From: a virus
Lineage: Duplodnaviria > Heunggongvirae > Uroviricota > Caudoviricetes
Strand: one strand, 5' to 3'
Virus record (IMG/VR): IMGVR_UViG_2737471753_000001
Span: 1-33,365 of that record
Length of the DNA: 33,365 bases
Shown here: in pieces, positions 9,329-17,635 of the stretch
How the letters are laid out: each line of letters begins with the position of its first letter
Position numbering within the stretch: position 1 is the first letter of the stretch
Translations under genes and position numbers: made by a program
The notes under the pieces: generated by a model
What the model was told of the DNA's origin: nothing
Databases searched by the model: none
What the model saw: only the letters and a program-made list of their open reading frames with translations

Positions 9329-9850
9329 CTATCGGGCCTTAATTTTATTCAGGCTTTTGTGGCCATTCAGGATTTGCCGTATCCACACGGCTGACCAGAA
9401 CACTATAGCGTTCCATGACTCCAGTCGTGCGCGTTCCTCATCCGTCGCCATATTCAGCCTGACAGCGCGTTCCAGTGGCTGAATAACGTTTTCTGCTTCG
9501 GAAAGTAACGCGGCCTTTTGTGATTCGGCCTGTTGTTGTTGCTCGTCTGCCGTATAAATCCGTTTAACCACAGCTCCGTCCTTAAACATCCACTTACCGG
9601 AATCATCAGCACGACGATTAGCTGTAATATCAGGAACCTCAACGACGCTATAACCTTCAGGGTTAAGCGTGGAGCATCTTTGTGATGGCGACAATAATAT
9701 TATTTGCATCGTAAACAATCTTTATGTGTCTGGCTGAAAGTTTTTCACTTCCTCATACCAGTTTTTTCCGTCTTCGGACCATAACCAGATAACATCAAAT
9801 TCTTTGTTAGCTGATATTGTTCTTTTGTTTTGGATTTCCAGACTTAATAT
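9329..9850 (-). pseudogene. P2 G-like tail fibre assembly gene remnant (minus-strand copy) with N-terminal frameshifts
   Basis: Intact C-terminal part in track ORF 9329..9718 (...[34 protein letters not shown]...); N-terminal part [13 protein letters not shown]... is readable only by switching frame at least three times. Confidence 0.55.
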
Positions 9851-10846
9851 TTTTTAAATGCTGCATAAATTACACCTGTGCGACGTTATACCATGTGCCA
9901 TTGATGTATTTTTGTATTGGTCTGAATACTGCCGGATCATCGCCATCAACTTCACCGACAATGCCAAGCCCGTAATTGCATGACCTGATTTCTCATACAT
10001 CACGCCTTTTTGCATAGTCTGAACAACACGTGTGCCAAGTCGGACATCTCTCACATAACGTGAATCAAATTGCCATAGTTGCCGGGAATAACTTGCGAGC
10101 CGCAAAGCCAGTTCCCGTTATTATCCATGTACGCCTGACCATCGGTACCATTGGCTGTCCTTGAGTTATTAATCATGTAGATGCCAAATTGCTTATTCCC
10201 CAGTCCACCAATCATAAATTTGCGATCAGCGTGGTCCTGACGAAGTAATGCCTGCGCACCATCGGTGGATACCGCATTGCGTCCCCAAATAACATTCTGG
10301 TCACGCATATGAATCCACATGCCGGTACTACTGTTAATTGCAAAACGGTTTGCAATATATCCCTGTAACATCAAGACCATGCCCATGCTTATCCGACCAG
10401 TTCTAAGGTTAATCGTAAAGGGGCGTAATGGCCCTATATCACCATTTTCTCCCTCATTCTCTCGTGTAGGGATGATATGCAGGCATTCTTCAGAACGGCG
10501 AAAAATGGCACCAAAAGATGAATTAAATATCCTCAGTGCATTGACTGTCGATATTTTTACTTCACTGCTGAAAAGGCTTTAACAAGACAGACAAAGCATC
10601 CCATTTAAGATTCATCAGGTCTTTTGTTGTGGTGCTTTGTTTGCTTCTCCATTTGAAATATTCATTGCCGTTGTCGCCTGTTTCAAACCACATGTATGAA
10701 TCAGTATCGCTATCGGCATCATTTTAAAACCAATCTTTGCCCAGTCAGTATTTCGAATCCAGGCAAGGATTGAGTCGTTTTCAAATTAAGCCCACCGGAC
10801 AAGGTATCGCCATTTTTTTGCACGGCGTACCAGCCCTGTTTACCGT
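9851..10846 (-). pseudogene. P2 H-like tail-fibre C-terminal cassette (currently joined to H) degraded by frameshifts and stops
   Basis: Fibre-like sequence is scattered over three frames (GNAVQKNGDTLSGGL..., ENDSILAWIRNTDWAKIGFK..., ...FDSRYVRDVRLGTRVVQ..., ...GEVDGDD..RPIQKYINGTWYNVAQV*), with a stretch around 10390..10560 closed in all frames. In the current orientation H terminates 21 codons past the crossover site. Confidence 0.5.
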
Positions 10847-12136
10847 TTCCTGTAAACCGAGGTATTCGATAACAGCGGCAACGGTCGATTTCGCAAGAAT
10901 ATCCCGCCCGACTTTTGTCAGGGTTGCCAGGCTGGCGACATCATTCCCCGTAAAATACGGAAACTTGTCTGCCGCAGTAGCAAGCCCGGCCAGCGCCGTC
11001 AGGGTGGCATCTTTCGGTTGCTTACCCGCAAGCGCTTTAGTCATGGTGGTCGCAAAATTCGGGTCGTTTCCCAGCGCCGCCGCTAACTCGTTCAGCGTAT
11101 TCAGTGCGTCAGGTGACGAATCTACAAGGGCGGCAATCGCAGCCATAACGAAAGCCGTGCTTGCGATTTGGGTATTATTCGTTCCCTGTCGCGCAGTTGG
11201 CGTTGTTGGCGTTCCGGTCAACGCAGGACTGTTTAAGGGCGCTTTCTTGTTCGTTTCATCCATTACCGCCTTAACCGCTTTCGATGTCGCGGCCAGTGTT
11301 TCAGACGTGCTGTTGGTGGCACTACTGAGCTGGACTATCCCTTTTTGTGCCGTCGTGGCGTCCTGAGCGGTATATTTTGCGTTAGCAAGGTCATACGCGG
11401 CCTTTACTGCTTTCGGCGTTGCAGCCTGCGTTTCAGACGTGCTGTTGGTGGCGCTACTGAGCTGGACAAGGCCTTTTCGTGCCGTCGTGGCGTCCTGAGC
11501 GGTATATTTTCCGTTAGCTAGGTCATACGCGGCCTTAACCGCTTTCGGCGTTGCAGCCTGCGTTTCAGACACGCTGTTAGTGGCGCTACTGAGTTGAACA
11601 AAGCCTTTTGCGGTCAGCGAGGCGTCCGGGTGACGTCGTGACTGTTCATGCTCTTTCAGTTTGTCATCCACGTAATCCACTGTGGCCATCACCATGGTGT
11701 TATCCACGGTAAGCGCCACGGTGGCCGTGCTGGATACGGTCAGAATGGTGCGAAATGTTTGTGCACGTCCGGACCCTTCGGCAACGGTTGGTTTGTAACT
11801 TTCGGCAGTATTGCCCACCGCGATTAAATCGCCGTGCTCATCAAATACACCAATTTCCCGGATCCAGAATCCGCCCGTTTCAGGAGGAATAACCAGCTCC
11901 GCAATAATGCGGTTCTGATGTGTTGCGTCCAGGATGACGCGATTAACAGTGTGTCGCCACACCTCATGCACCAGACGGGTCTGCTTACTGTCTGGTGTGG
12001 GCAACGTGCCGCCACCGTCGCCCACGGCCATATGAGTCAGGCGGACAGGCTTACCATCTGGCGCGGCTGCCTGAGCTAATTTTTTGGCACCTGTATCGGT
12101 GATAACGGTTTTAAATTTTCGTGTTGTGGTACTCAT
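10781..12136 (-). CDS. H: tail fibre protein H, constant N-terminal region plus a short out-of-module tail
   Basis: 451-aa ORF with conserved fibre N-terminus and an internal threefold 44-aa repeat; positioned after I as in P2; the crossover site lies 22 codons before its stop. Confidence 0.85.
   Translation of the reverse strand: MSTTTRKFKTVITDTGAKKLAQAAAPDGKPVRLTHMAVGDGGGTLPTPDSKQTRLVHEVWRHTVNRVILDATHQNRIIAELVIPPETGGFWIREIGVFDEHGDLIAVGNTAESYKPTVAEGSGRAQTFRTILTVSSTATVALTVDNTMVMATVDYVDDKLKEHEQSRRHPDASLTAKGFVQLSSATNSVSETQAATPKAVKAAYDLANGKYTAQDATTARKGLVQLSSATNSTSETQAATPKAVKAAYDLANAKYTAQDATTAQKGIVQLSSATNSTSETLAATSKAVKAVMDETNKKAPLNSPALTGTPTTPTARQGTNNTQIASTAFVMAAIAALVDSSPDALNTLNELAAALGNDPNFATTMTKALAGKQPKDATLTALAGLATAADKFPYFTGNDVASLATLTKVGRDILAKSTVAAVIEYLGLQETVNRAGTPCKKMAIPCPVGLI
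10847..10872. other. right inversion crossover site (gix/hix-like, 26 bp) inside the H reading frame
   Basis: TTCCTGTAAACCGAGGTATTCGATAA; inverted partner of 7817..7842; encodes ...VIEYLGLQET... in the H frame, analogous to the crossover site inside Mu gene S. Confidence 0.85.
11269..11640. repeat. tandem direct repeat, 132-bp unit, about 2.8 copies, inside H
   Basis: Units begin at 11269, 11401 and 11533 and are nearly identical; they encode a repeated 44-aa fibre shaft segment (...QLSSATNSTSETQAATPKAVKAAYDLAN.KYTAQDATTA.KG.V...). Confidence 0.85.
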
Positions 12137-12138
12137 GC

Positions 12139-12669
12139 TTAATCGTCCGGATAAATGGTAATAACTTCACCGTCATAAGTTGCCGCCGCTGCAAAAATAT
12201 CCCCCGGAATTTCCTGAATGATATTCAGCCCTGTCATGTGGCGGCTGACCGGACGGGCATCAGCAATCAACCGCTCCATTTCCAGATACATTTCCTCCGT
12301 CACGCCACTGTCCAGTGTGCCGACTTCAACGGTAAATGTTCCCGGTTCTCCGCCGAACTCCCACCACTCAGACACGCGAATGAGGTATCCCAGCGGCTCA
12401 ATGGCCCTGCGCAGTGCGCTGATGGTCCCTTTGTGTCGGTGTATCAGCCATGCATCACGAATCACCTGTCGTTTTGTCTCTTCCGGCCAGTTGCGATCCC
12501 AACGGTCAACGGAAAATGCCCAGGCGAGATAAGGCAGCAGGTGCACCGGGCAGGTGTCCGGCGACCACAGCGTGTTGAGGTCTACCGGGATGTCTGTAAT
12601 GCGCGTTCCGACAGCTTCGGCACAACGCATGAAACTGCTGGCTGATGGTGGTAACAGTGAATTACTCAT
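12139..12669 (-). CDS. I: baseplate assembly protein I
   Basis: Track ORF 12139..12702; start placed at ATG 12669 (MSNSLLPP...), which overlaps the J stop and gives 176 aa, the size recalled for P2 gpI. Confidence 0.85.
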   Translation of the reverse strand: MSNSLLPPSASSFMRCAEAVGTRITDIPVDLNTLWSPDTCPVHLLPYLAWAFSVDRWDRNWPEETKRQVIRDAWLIHRHKGTISALRRAIEPLGYLIRVSEWWEFGGEPGTFTVEVGTLDSGVTEEMYLEMERLIADARPVSRHMTGLNIIQEIPGDIFAAAATYDGEVITIYPDD

Positions 12670-13558
12670 TGCGCCCACCTTCGCTGATGGTGAACGACTC
12701 ACAGCGCGCCGCCTGTATGTCGCTGATGGCCATATTCTGTGTGGGTTCGATTATCTCCACGCGTTGCACACCGTGCACATGCAGTGCGGCAGCAATGGCG
12801 GACAACGCCACGTCCTGACCGATAAGCCCCTGCTCAGCCAGCCACTTCCTGAACGACGATTCAGCCGCCGCCAGAATAGGTTCGGATTCCGGGCCGGGGT
12901 AAAAGTACAGTTTTGCATTCAGCCGCCATGTCACGATTCTGGCGCTCTGTACAGTAAGGCGGTCGGCCACCGGGCGGGTATCCTCTGCATTCAGAACGGC
13001 GCGAACGGTATTAAGCAACGCCTCCGTTGCTGTGCCGTCGCCTTCAGTGGACAGGATGGAAACCGTCACATTTGCCGGAGACGGACTGATAGCCCGCGCA
13101 TCACGCACCAGACCGCTGGCGCTGCGGGCAAAATACTCGTATGCACCTGACGGGCCAGCAACACTCAGGCCATCGTACGCCCGCTGCGCCCGCAGTCTCA
13201 GCGAGGTGTCACTTTCCATCACTGCGTCGGTGGTATCCGTTGCCGGAGTGATGGTCAGGCGCTTTGTGTTCATATTGCCCGCGAGGTTGTCCAGGTCTGT
13301 CCCGGCGCTGTGGCTTAACATGCAGGCGCGTGCCCCCTCGTTAACCCGCTGGCGTAACAGCATTTCACGAAACGACATGGTTTGAGCGATAACGTTAAGG
13401 GGTTCCGATTCCAGCTCCAGCGCGGCGGAAACGGCTTCACGCTGTTCGGCGGGATAAGCCGCAATCATCATGGCCTTTGTGTCAGCCAGAATTGCCTCAA
13501 AGTCAGGCTCCGCGATGATGGCGGGGTCCGGTAACTGTGAAAGGTCAACGGCGGGCAT
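12662..13558 (-). CDS. J: baseplate assembly protein J
   Basis: 298-aa ORF; size and position between W and I as in P2; tightly coupled to its neighbours. Confidence 0.88.
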   Translation of the reverse strand: MPAVDLSQLPDPAIIAEPDFEAILADTKAMMIAAYPAEQREAVSAALELESEPLNVIAQTMSFREMLLRQRVNEGARACMLSHSAGTDLDNLAGNMNTKRLTITPATDTTDAVMESDTSLRLRAQRAYDGLSVAGPSGAYEYFARSASGLVRDARAISPSPANVTVSILSTEGDGTATEALLNTVRAVLNAEDTRPVADRLTVQSARIVTWRLNAKLYFYPGPESEPILAAAESSFRKWLAEQGLIGQDVALSAIAAALHVHGVQRVEIIEPTQNMAISDIQAARCESFTISEGGRNE

Positions 13559-13561
13559 GAT

Positions 13562-13912
13562 TTACTCCCTTAGCGTGATGGTTAATTCAACATTCTGCAT
13601 GGTCTGCATGACAGTGCCCGACAGCGTCACCCCGGCGCGGCCTCCCGCTTTCCAGACAACGTCGATGGCATCCAGGGCAATGCGGGGTTCCCATCGTGTC
13701 AGCGCAATCACGGCAGCACTCATGCATTGCAGACGCGTGGTGTTATTCATGGGTTCGTCAATCAAATCAGGCACAAGGCTGCCATATTCCCGTCGCATAA
13801 CCCGGCTTGCCAGCGGGGTGGTCAGGATATCCCTGACTGACTGTTTCAGGTGCTCCATATCGTTCAGGTTTCCCGTCCCGTCCGGATTCATTCCTGTGTA
13901 GCGGGTTGTCAC
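13562..13912 (-). CDS. W: baseplate wedge protein W
   Basis: 116-aa ORF; size and position match P2 gpW. Confidence 0.85.
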   Translation of the reverse strand: MTTRYTGMNPDGTGNLNDMEHLKQSVRDILTTPLASRVMRREYGSLVPDLIDEPMNNTTRLQCMSAAVIALTRWEPRIALDAIDVVWKAGGRAGVTLSGTVMQTMQNVELTITLRE

Positions 13913-14490
13913 TGCGGGCCTCCTGTCGAATCGCTGCCGCCTTTCACGCCACCGTGTTTATGCGTATGCACTGTGATGCCGTTTGAGGTGAAGTTGCCGC
14001 CGCTGTGCGTGATATTGCCGCTCATCTTTCCTCCTTTTGTGACGTCAAGCGTCGCCGTTCTCAGAAGGTTTGTGCATTCCACGACGGGCGTATCCAGTTT
14101 CACGCTGACGGATGCCTGTAAAGTGGCCGTTTTCATGCCGCTGGCGCTCAGTGCGCCTGCGTCCGCGTCGTAGCGGAACACCGCGCCATCCGGCGCGCTG
14201 ACCACGATTTCTTTCAGGCTTTTGCCGGGTGCCGGACTGGCATCACTCCACAGGCTGCCAATTATCATGGCGGTTTCCGGGTTGCCGCCAATGCAGGCAA
14301 TTACCACCTGTTCGCCTGGTGATGGCGGCAGCCACACATTGAAGGCTCCCGCGCGCGTGGTGTTCCAGCGCAACCATCCTGTTTCCAGTTCGCCGCTGCG
14401 AACGCGCACGCGCCAGGACTTCTCATCAATTTCAGAGATGATCCCGGTGCGGATGATATTGCTCAGCAGTCGCATGAGTTCTGCGCTCAC
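13909..14490 (-). CDS. V: baseplate spike/hub protein V
   Basis: 193-aa ORF, ...IIRTGII...GEQVVIA..GG......LHTHKHGG... resembling P2 gpV; start overlaps the S stop. Confidence 0.85.
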   Translation of the reverse strand: MSAELMRLLSNIIRTGIISEIDEKSWRVRVRSGELETGWLRWNTTRAGAFNVWLPPSPGEQVVIACIGGNPETAMIIGSLWSDASPAPGKSLKEIVVSAPDGAVFRYDADAGALSASGMKTATLQASVSVKLDTPVVECTNLLRTATLDVTKGGKMSGNITHSGGNFTSNGITVHTHKHGGVKGGSDSTGGPQ

Positions 14491-15131
14491 CGTACAGCCT
14501 CCGCAATCCGGCCCAGCATCGTGTTATAAATCAGGCGCTCATCTGCCTGGCTGATACCCAGCAGCTCACGTACCGGGTAATCGGTGAAAATGCCCGGCGC
14601 AACCTGATCGCGCTCACCGAACTGATGAACGCGGGCAATACGTGCGGACACGCCGCTGTAACCCACCGTCACACCGGAAGCATCTGCACGGGCTTTCAGG
14701 TAGCGGGCGGTGCGCAGTTTTACGAACATGGGGACGCGCTTTGTGCTGTCCTGGTTGATGCGCCGGGTGCGTATTTCCAGAAAACGGTCGATGTCATCCC
14801 GGTAAAACGTGCGGATATTGTTTTTATCCTCATCCCACCCGGTAATGGTTCGCCCGTATTTCCCCGTGTCGTGATGCCAGTTTTTCAGCGTGCGTGCTTC
14901 GTTATTCCAGATAAAGCGAATGCGCTCCTGTATCCGGGTTACGCGGCGTCTGCGTGGTGTCCACGCGGTCCCGTCCGGCGCTTTCTGTGACCGGATACGC
15001 GCCTGCTGGGCGCGGCGTAAATCCTGTGCCAGCTTTCTGGCGATGTTATTGATGGCCTGCTGATTCAGGCTGTCGCGGATGGCCTCAAAGGTTTCATCCA
15101 CGCGGGTGAATGCCTTATCCATCGCTTTCAC
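14487..15131 (-). CDS. S: tail completion protein S
   Basis: 214-aa ORF immediately downstream of R with overlapping start/stop; longer than recalled for P2 gpS, so the start is uncertain. Confidence 0.7.
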   Translation of the reverse strand: MKAMDKAFTRVDETFEAIRDSLNQQAINNIARKLAQDLRRAQQARIRSQKAPDGTAWTPRRRRVTRIQERIRFIWNNEARTLKNWHHDTGKYGRTITGWDEDKNNIRTFYRDDIDRFLEIRTRRINQDSTKRVPMFVKLRTARYLKARADASGVTVGYSGVSARIARVHQFGERDQVAPGIFTDYPVRELLGISQADERLIYNTMLGRIAEAVR

Positions 15132-15582
15132 CCCACGTCACATCCTGGAATACATGCGACCAGTCGCCTTCGGAAGAGGGCAGACGGGGTTTTGGCTCCG
15201 GCAGGTGTTCTGCCTGCGGTGTGCCCTGACTGTTGCGCGTGATGCGAACGCGTTCCCACAGGGGGAGCGTAAACAGGAGGTCGGCGCTGTCATCGTCATT
15301 GATAACGGCGGAGAATTTGATGTCCTGATTACGCTCAGGGTTGAGCAACAACTGTGGCTGATTTTCGGATAACCACGCCAGCAGCGGCAGCGTGAGGTCA
15401 TCCAGCTCCCCGGCGTAATCCATGACAAACATCACCATCTGATAGCGGTAAACAAACGATGGGGTTTCTCCTGTCGTTTCAATGTTGCCGCTCTCCACGA
15501 AAATGGTGAATTTTTCCGGGTTGGCCTGACACCATCGGCATGAACGGGTCATGGCTTCACGCAGGGAATCAGTTTTCAGCAT
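15115..15582 (-). CDS. R: tail completion protein R
   Basis: 155-aa ORF, the size recalled for P2 gpR, in the conserved position after the lysis genes. Confidence 0.8.
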   Translation of the reverse strand: MLKTDSLREAMTRSCRWCQANPEKFTIFVESGNIETTGETPSFVYRYQMVMFVMDYAGELDDLTLPLLAWLSENQPQLLLNPERNQDIKFSAVINDDDSADLLFTLPLWERVRITRNSQGTPQAEHLPEPKPRLPSSEGDWSHVFQDVTWGESDG

Positions 15583-15859
15583 GGTTGTTATCCTCGTTGT
15601 TCAGTCGTTGCAGCCTGCGCTGTTCCAGTAATTCAATGGCCCGTTTATCCGCGTTACAGGTTTCCAGTGCATCCAGAAGGCGGTCGCCCCATATACCGAG
15701 ATTTCCCCATGTGGGAGTGTCAGGGAAGGGGGGAGGCGTTACCGGTATGGTCAGCGTCTGCGGTATAAGCCGGACTGACGGCGCTGGCCGTGGCGCGTTC
15801 TGCGTGCCTGCGCAACCTGTCAGTAAAACGAGCGTCAGGCAAAGCGTGGGCGCATTCAT
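15569..15859 (-). CDS. lysC: o-spanin (Rz1-like outer-membrane lipoprotein)
   Basis: MNAPTLCLTLVLLTGCAG... signal peptide with lipobox, Pro-rich body; reading frame embedded in the 3' part of the i-spanin gene and running into R, as for P2 lysC. Confidence 0.7.
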   Translation of the reverse strand: MNAPTLCLTLVLLTGCAGTQNAPRPAPSVRLIPQTLTIPVTPPPFPDTPTWGNLGIWGDRLLDALETCNADKRAIELLEQRRLQRLNNEDNNHAEN

Positions 15860-16127
15860 CTTTTGCAATATCGTTGCGTAGCTGTTCACGTCTGGCCTCT
15901 CCGTCCTGATTTCGCTGTTGATTTTCCACGCGGAGTTGCGCCAGCACCTGCTGCATATCCTGTACCCCGGCGCTGATGATATTCAGGGTGTCGGCGGTAC
16001 GTTTCAGGGCGCTGGCCTGCGCTTCGTTTCTGGCGTTCTCCCGGCCCAGCGACCACGACAGACGCATGGATGTTCCCCATGCGGCAATCAGAAGGAAAGC
16101 GACGCCCAGCGTGGGCCAGAGCTTCAT
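15720..16127 (-). CDS. lysB: i-spanin (Rz-like inner-membrane spanin)
   Basis: Start placed at MKLWPTLGVAFLLIAAWG (N-terminal TMD) overlapping the endolysin stop; coiled-coil-like periplasmic region; o-spanin embedded in the +1 frame. Confidence 0.7.
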   Translation of the reverse strand: MKLWPTLGVAFLLIAAWGTSMRLSWSLGRENARNEAQASALKRTADTLNIISAGVQDMQQVLAQLRVENQQRNQDGEARREQLRNDIAKDECAHALPDARFTDRLRRHAERATASAVSPAYTADADHTGNASPLP

Positions 16128-16516
16128 GCCGGATAAACTCCGTGTGGTAACTGAAAATGCGGTCCGTCTTTCAGGGTCTTCCAGTCGCCGCCCCATTCCA
16201 CCGGAATATTCAGTTCCCGGCTGGCCTGTCTGAATGCTGCTGCGATTTTTTCGTACAGCGGCCATTCCCATGACACCTGGCTGCCGATATAAGCCACAAC
16301 ATCCACGGCATGCCCCGTAAGGTGGCGACTGTTCATGGTCTGGCTCTTACCCGTGGCCACAAGTTGCTTCTGGCGGTAACGGCTGCGCAACCCTTCGGTG
16401 ATACCAAAATCCACTTCCGAGATTTCCAGTGCCCGTCGGGTCACTTTCACCAGATCAGGATTTACGCCCTGCAAATTCTTTTCGCTCCGGCTGCTGAATT
16501 TAAATGTGTTGCTCAT
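16124..16516 (-). CDS. endolysin, peptidase M15 family (L-alanyl-D-glutamate peptidase type)
   Basis: 130-aa ORF with zinc-ligand pattern ...SRHLTGHAVDV...DGPHFQLPH typical of VanY/M15 endolysins; sits between holin and spanins. Confidence 0.7.
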   Translation of the reverse strand: MSNTFKFSSRSEKNLQGVNPDLVKVTRRALEISEVDFGITEGLRSRYRQKQLVATGKSQTMNSRHLTGHAVDVVAYIGSQVSWEWPLYEKIAAAFRQASRELNIPVEWGGDWKTLKDGPHFQLPHGVYPA

Positions 16517-16836
16517 TCGTCCTTCTCCTTCACCCTGCGATTAAAGGCCGCAATAACCTTGTCGCGTGCTTTCTCTGCCCCCATGAAACCGATTGATGCG
16601 CCGATAAACGTCACGGCATCTTCAGGAAAACCGAAGAAGCGCAACGACCCGGCCACGGCCATGGCAAGAACGCCGCACGCCAGCGATCCCGTTACGGTCT
16701 GAACCAGTGTTCGTCCGTCATAAAGACTCATCAGCGCGGAAATGCTGACCGCCGCGCCTACTGCATACACCGTTGGCAGGTGGTCAAAGAGCCATGCAAT
16801 AACCTGCTCTGTGATCCCTGTTTGAATGGTGCTCAC
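16516..16836 (-). CDS. holin (three predicted TMDs)
   Basis: GTG start preceded by GGGGGGAG; hydrophobic segments VYAVGAAVSISALMSL, SLACGVLAMAVAGSL, VTFIGASIGFMGA and a charged C-terminus (...RRVKEKDE); stop overlaps the endolysin start. Confidence 0.65.
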
Positions 16837-16838
16837 TG

Positions 16839-17039
16839 CTACTCCCCCCACAACTGAATCATTTCTCGTTTCTTCTTCTCCGGCTCCGGCATCTCCACGT
16901 CCTGCCCGGCGTCCAGAAATACCTGCTGACAGAGTCCGGGGTTGGCATCCAGCACCTTTTCGGTGACGCCCTGCGTCGTGCCGTAGTACCGAAAACAGAG
17001 CGAATCCACGGTGTCGCCTTCCAGTGCCTTCACTTTCAT
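16839..17039 (-). CDS. X: tail protein X (LysM-like)
   Basis: MKVKALEGDTVDSLCFRYYGTTQGVTEKVLDANPGL... resembles P2 gpX; track ORF extended upstream, start placed at the ATG at the L stop. Confidence 0.8.
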   Translation of the reverse strand: MKVKALEGDTVDSLCFRYYGTTQGVTEKVLDANPGLCQQVFLDAGQDVEMPEPEKKKREMIQLWGE

Positions 17040-17542
17040 CAGCACAATTCCGCAAAGATTCGCGGGCGGCACAGAATGTCAGAGATGGCCCAGCTCACAT
17101 CGCGCCACAAATCCGATGTCTGTATATCCAGTGCGTCCGCCCGGCGGTCGCCCTTGTCCGTTGTGTCCGCATCGCGGTAACGCTCCAGAATCAGGGCGCG
17201 CGTGGCGGTATAAACAGCATTGCGCCAGTGCCAGAGATTGACGCTTTCTCCGTTAATTACGGGTGCCGGAACATCGGCCAGCGTCTGATGGCCAGCTGCC
17301 TGCTGTTCCTGCTGCCATGCTTCCAGCTCGCGGGTAACGTGTGCCACAGCCCCGGTGGCAGTATGCAGCAGGCGGGAGGTGGTCACGCGGCCCGGCAGTC
17401 GTACCGCCAGACGCAGCTCGCGCAGCACAATATCCGGCCAGAATGCACCCGCTGAAATGCGGGTATCGCCATCATCGGTATCGGTGATGTCGTCCTCTGC
17501 GGGTCTGGGTTCAGTTCTGGCAACCATACTCATGGGGTTCAC
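17039..17542 (-). CDS. L: head completion/stabilisation protein L
   Basis: 167-aa ORF in the conserved position after M; size matches P2 gpL. Confidence 0.8.
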   Translation of the reverse strand: MNPMSMVARTEPRPAEDDITDTDDGDTRISAGAFWPDIVLRELRLAVRLPGRVTTSRLLHTATGAVAHVTRELEAWQQEQQAAGHQTLADVPAPVINGESVNLWHWRNAVYTATRALILERYRDADTTDKGDRRADALDIQTSDLWRDVSWAISDILCRPRIFAELC

Positions 17543-17547
17543 TCCTG

Positions 17548-17620
17548 AAAAAAATCGGGCGGTGGGTGCGCGGTGTAAACGGTCACGGAGTCAAACCGGA
17601 ACACCGCGCACGCCGCCCGC
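17548..17620 (-). terminator. candidate intrinsic terminator/attenuator between M and L
   Basis: On the minus strand a GC-rich imperfect long stem (GGGCGGCGTGCGCGGTG ... CACCGCGCACCCACCGCCC) is followed by a T7 run and then the L RBS and ATG. Confidence 0.4.
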
Positions 17621-17635
17621 TGACGGGGTCAGTCG

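Noticed and set aside
10737-11366. 209-aa plus-strand ORF antisense to H
   Set aside because: Antisense shadow of the repetitive fibre gene (Ala/Ser/Val-rich translation of the 132-bp repeat region); no RBS.
12554-13150. 198-aa plus-strand ORF antisense to J
   Set aside because: Overlaps the J/I baseplate genes on the opposite strand; Cys/Arg-rich shadow ORF.
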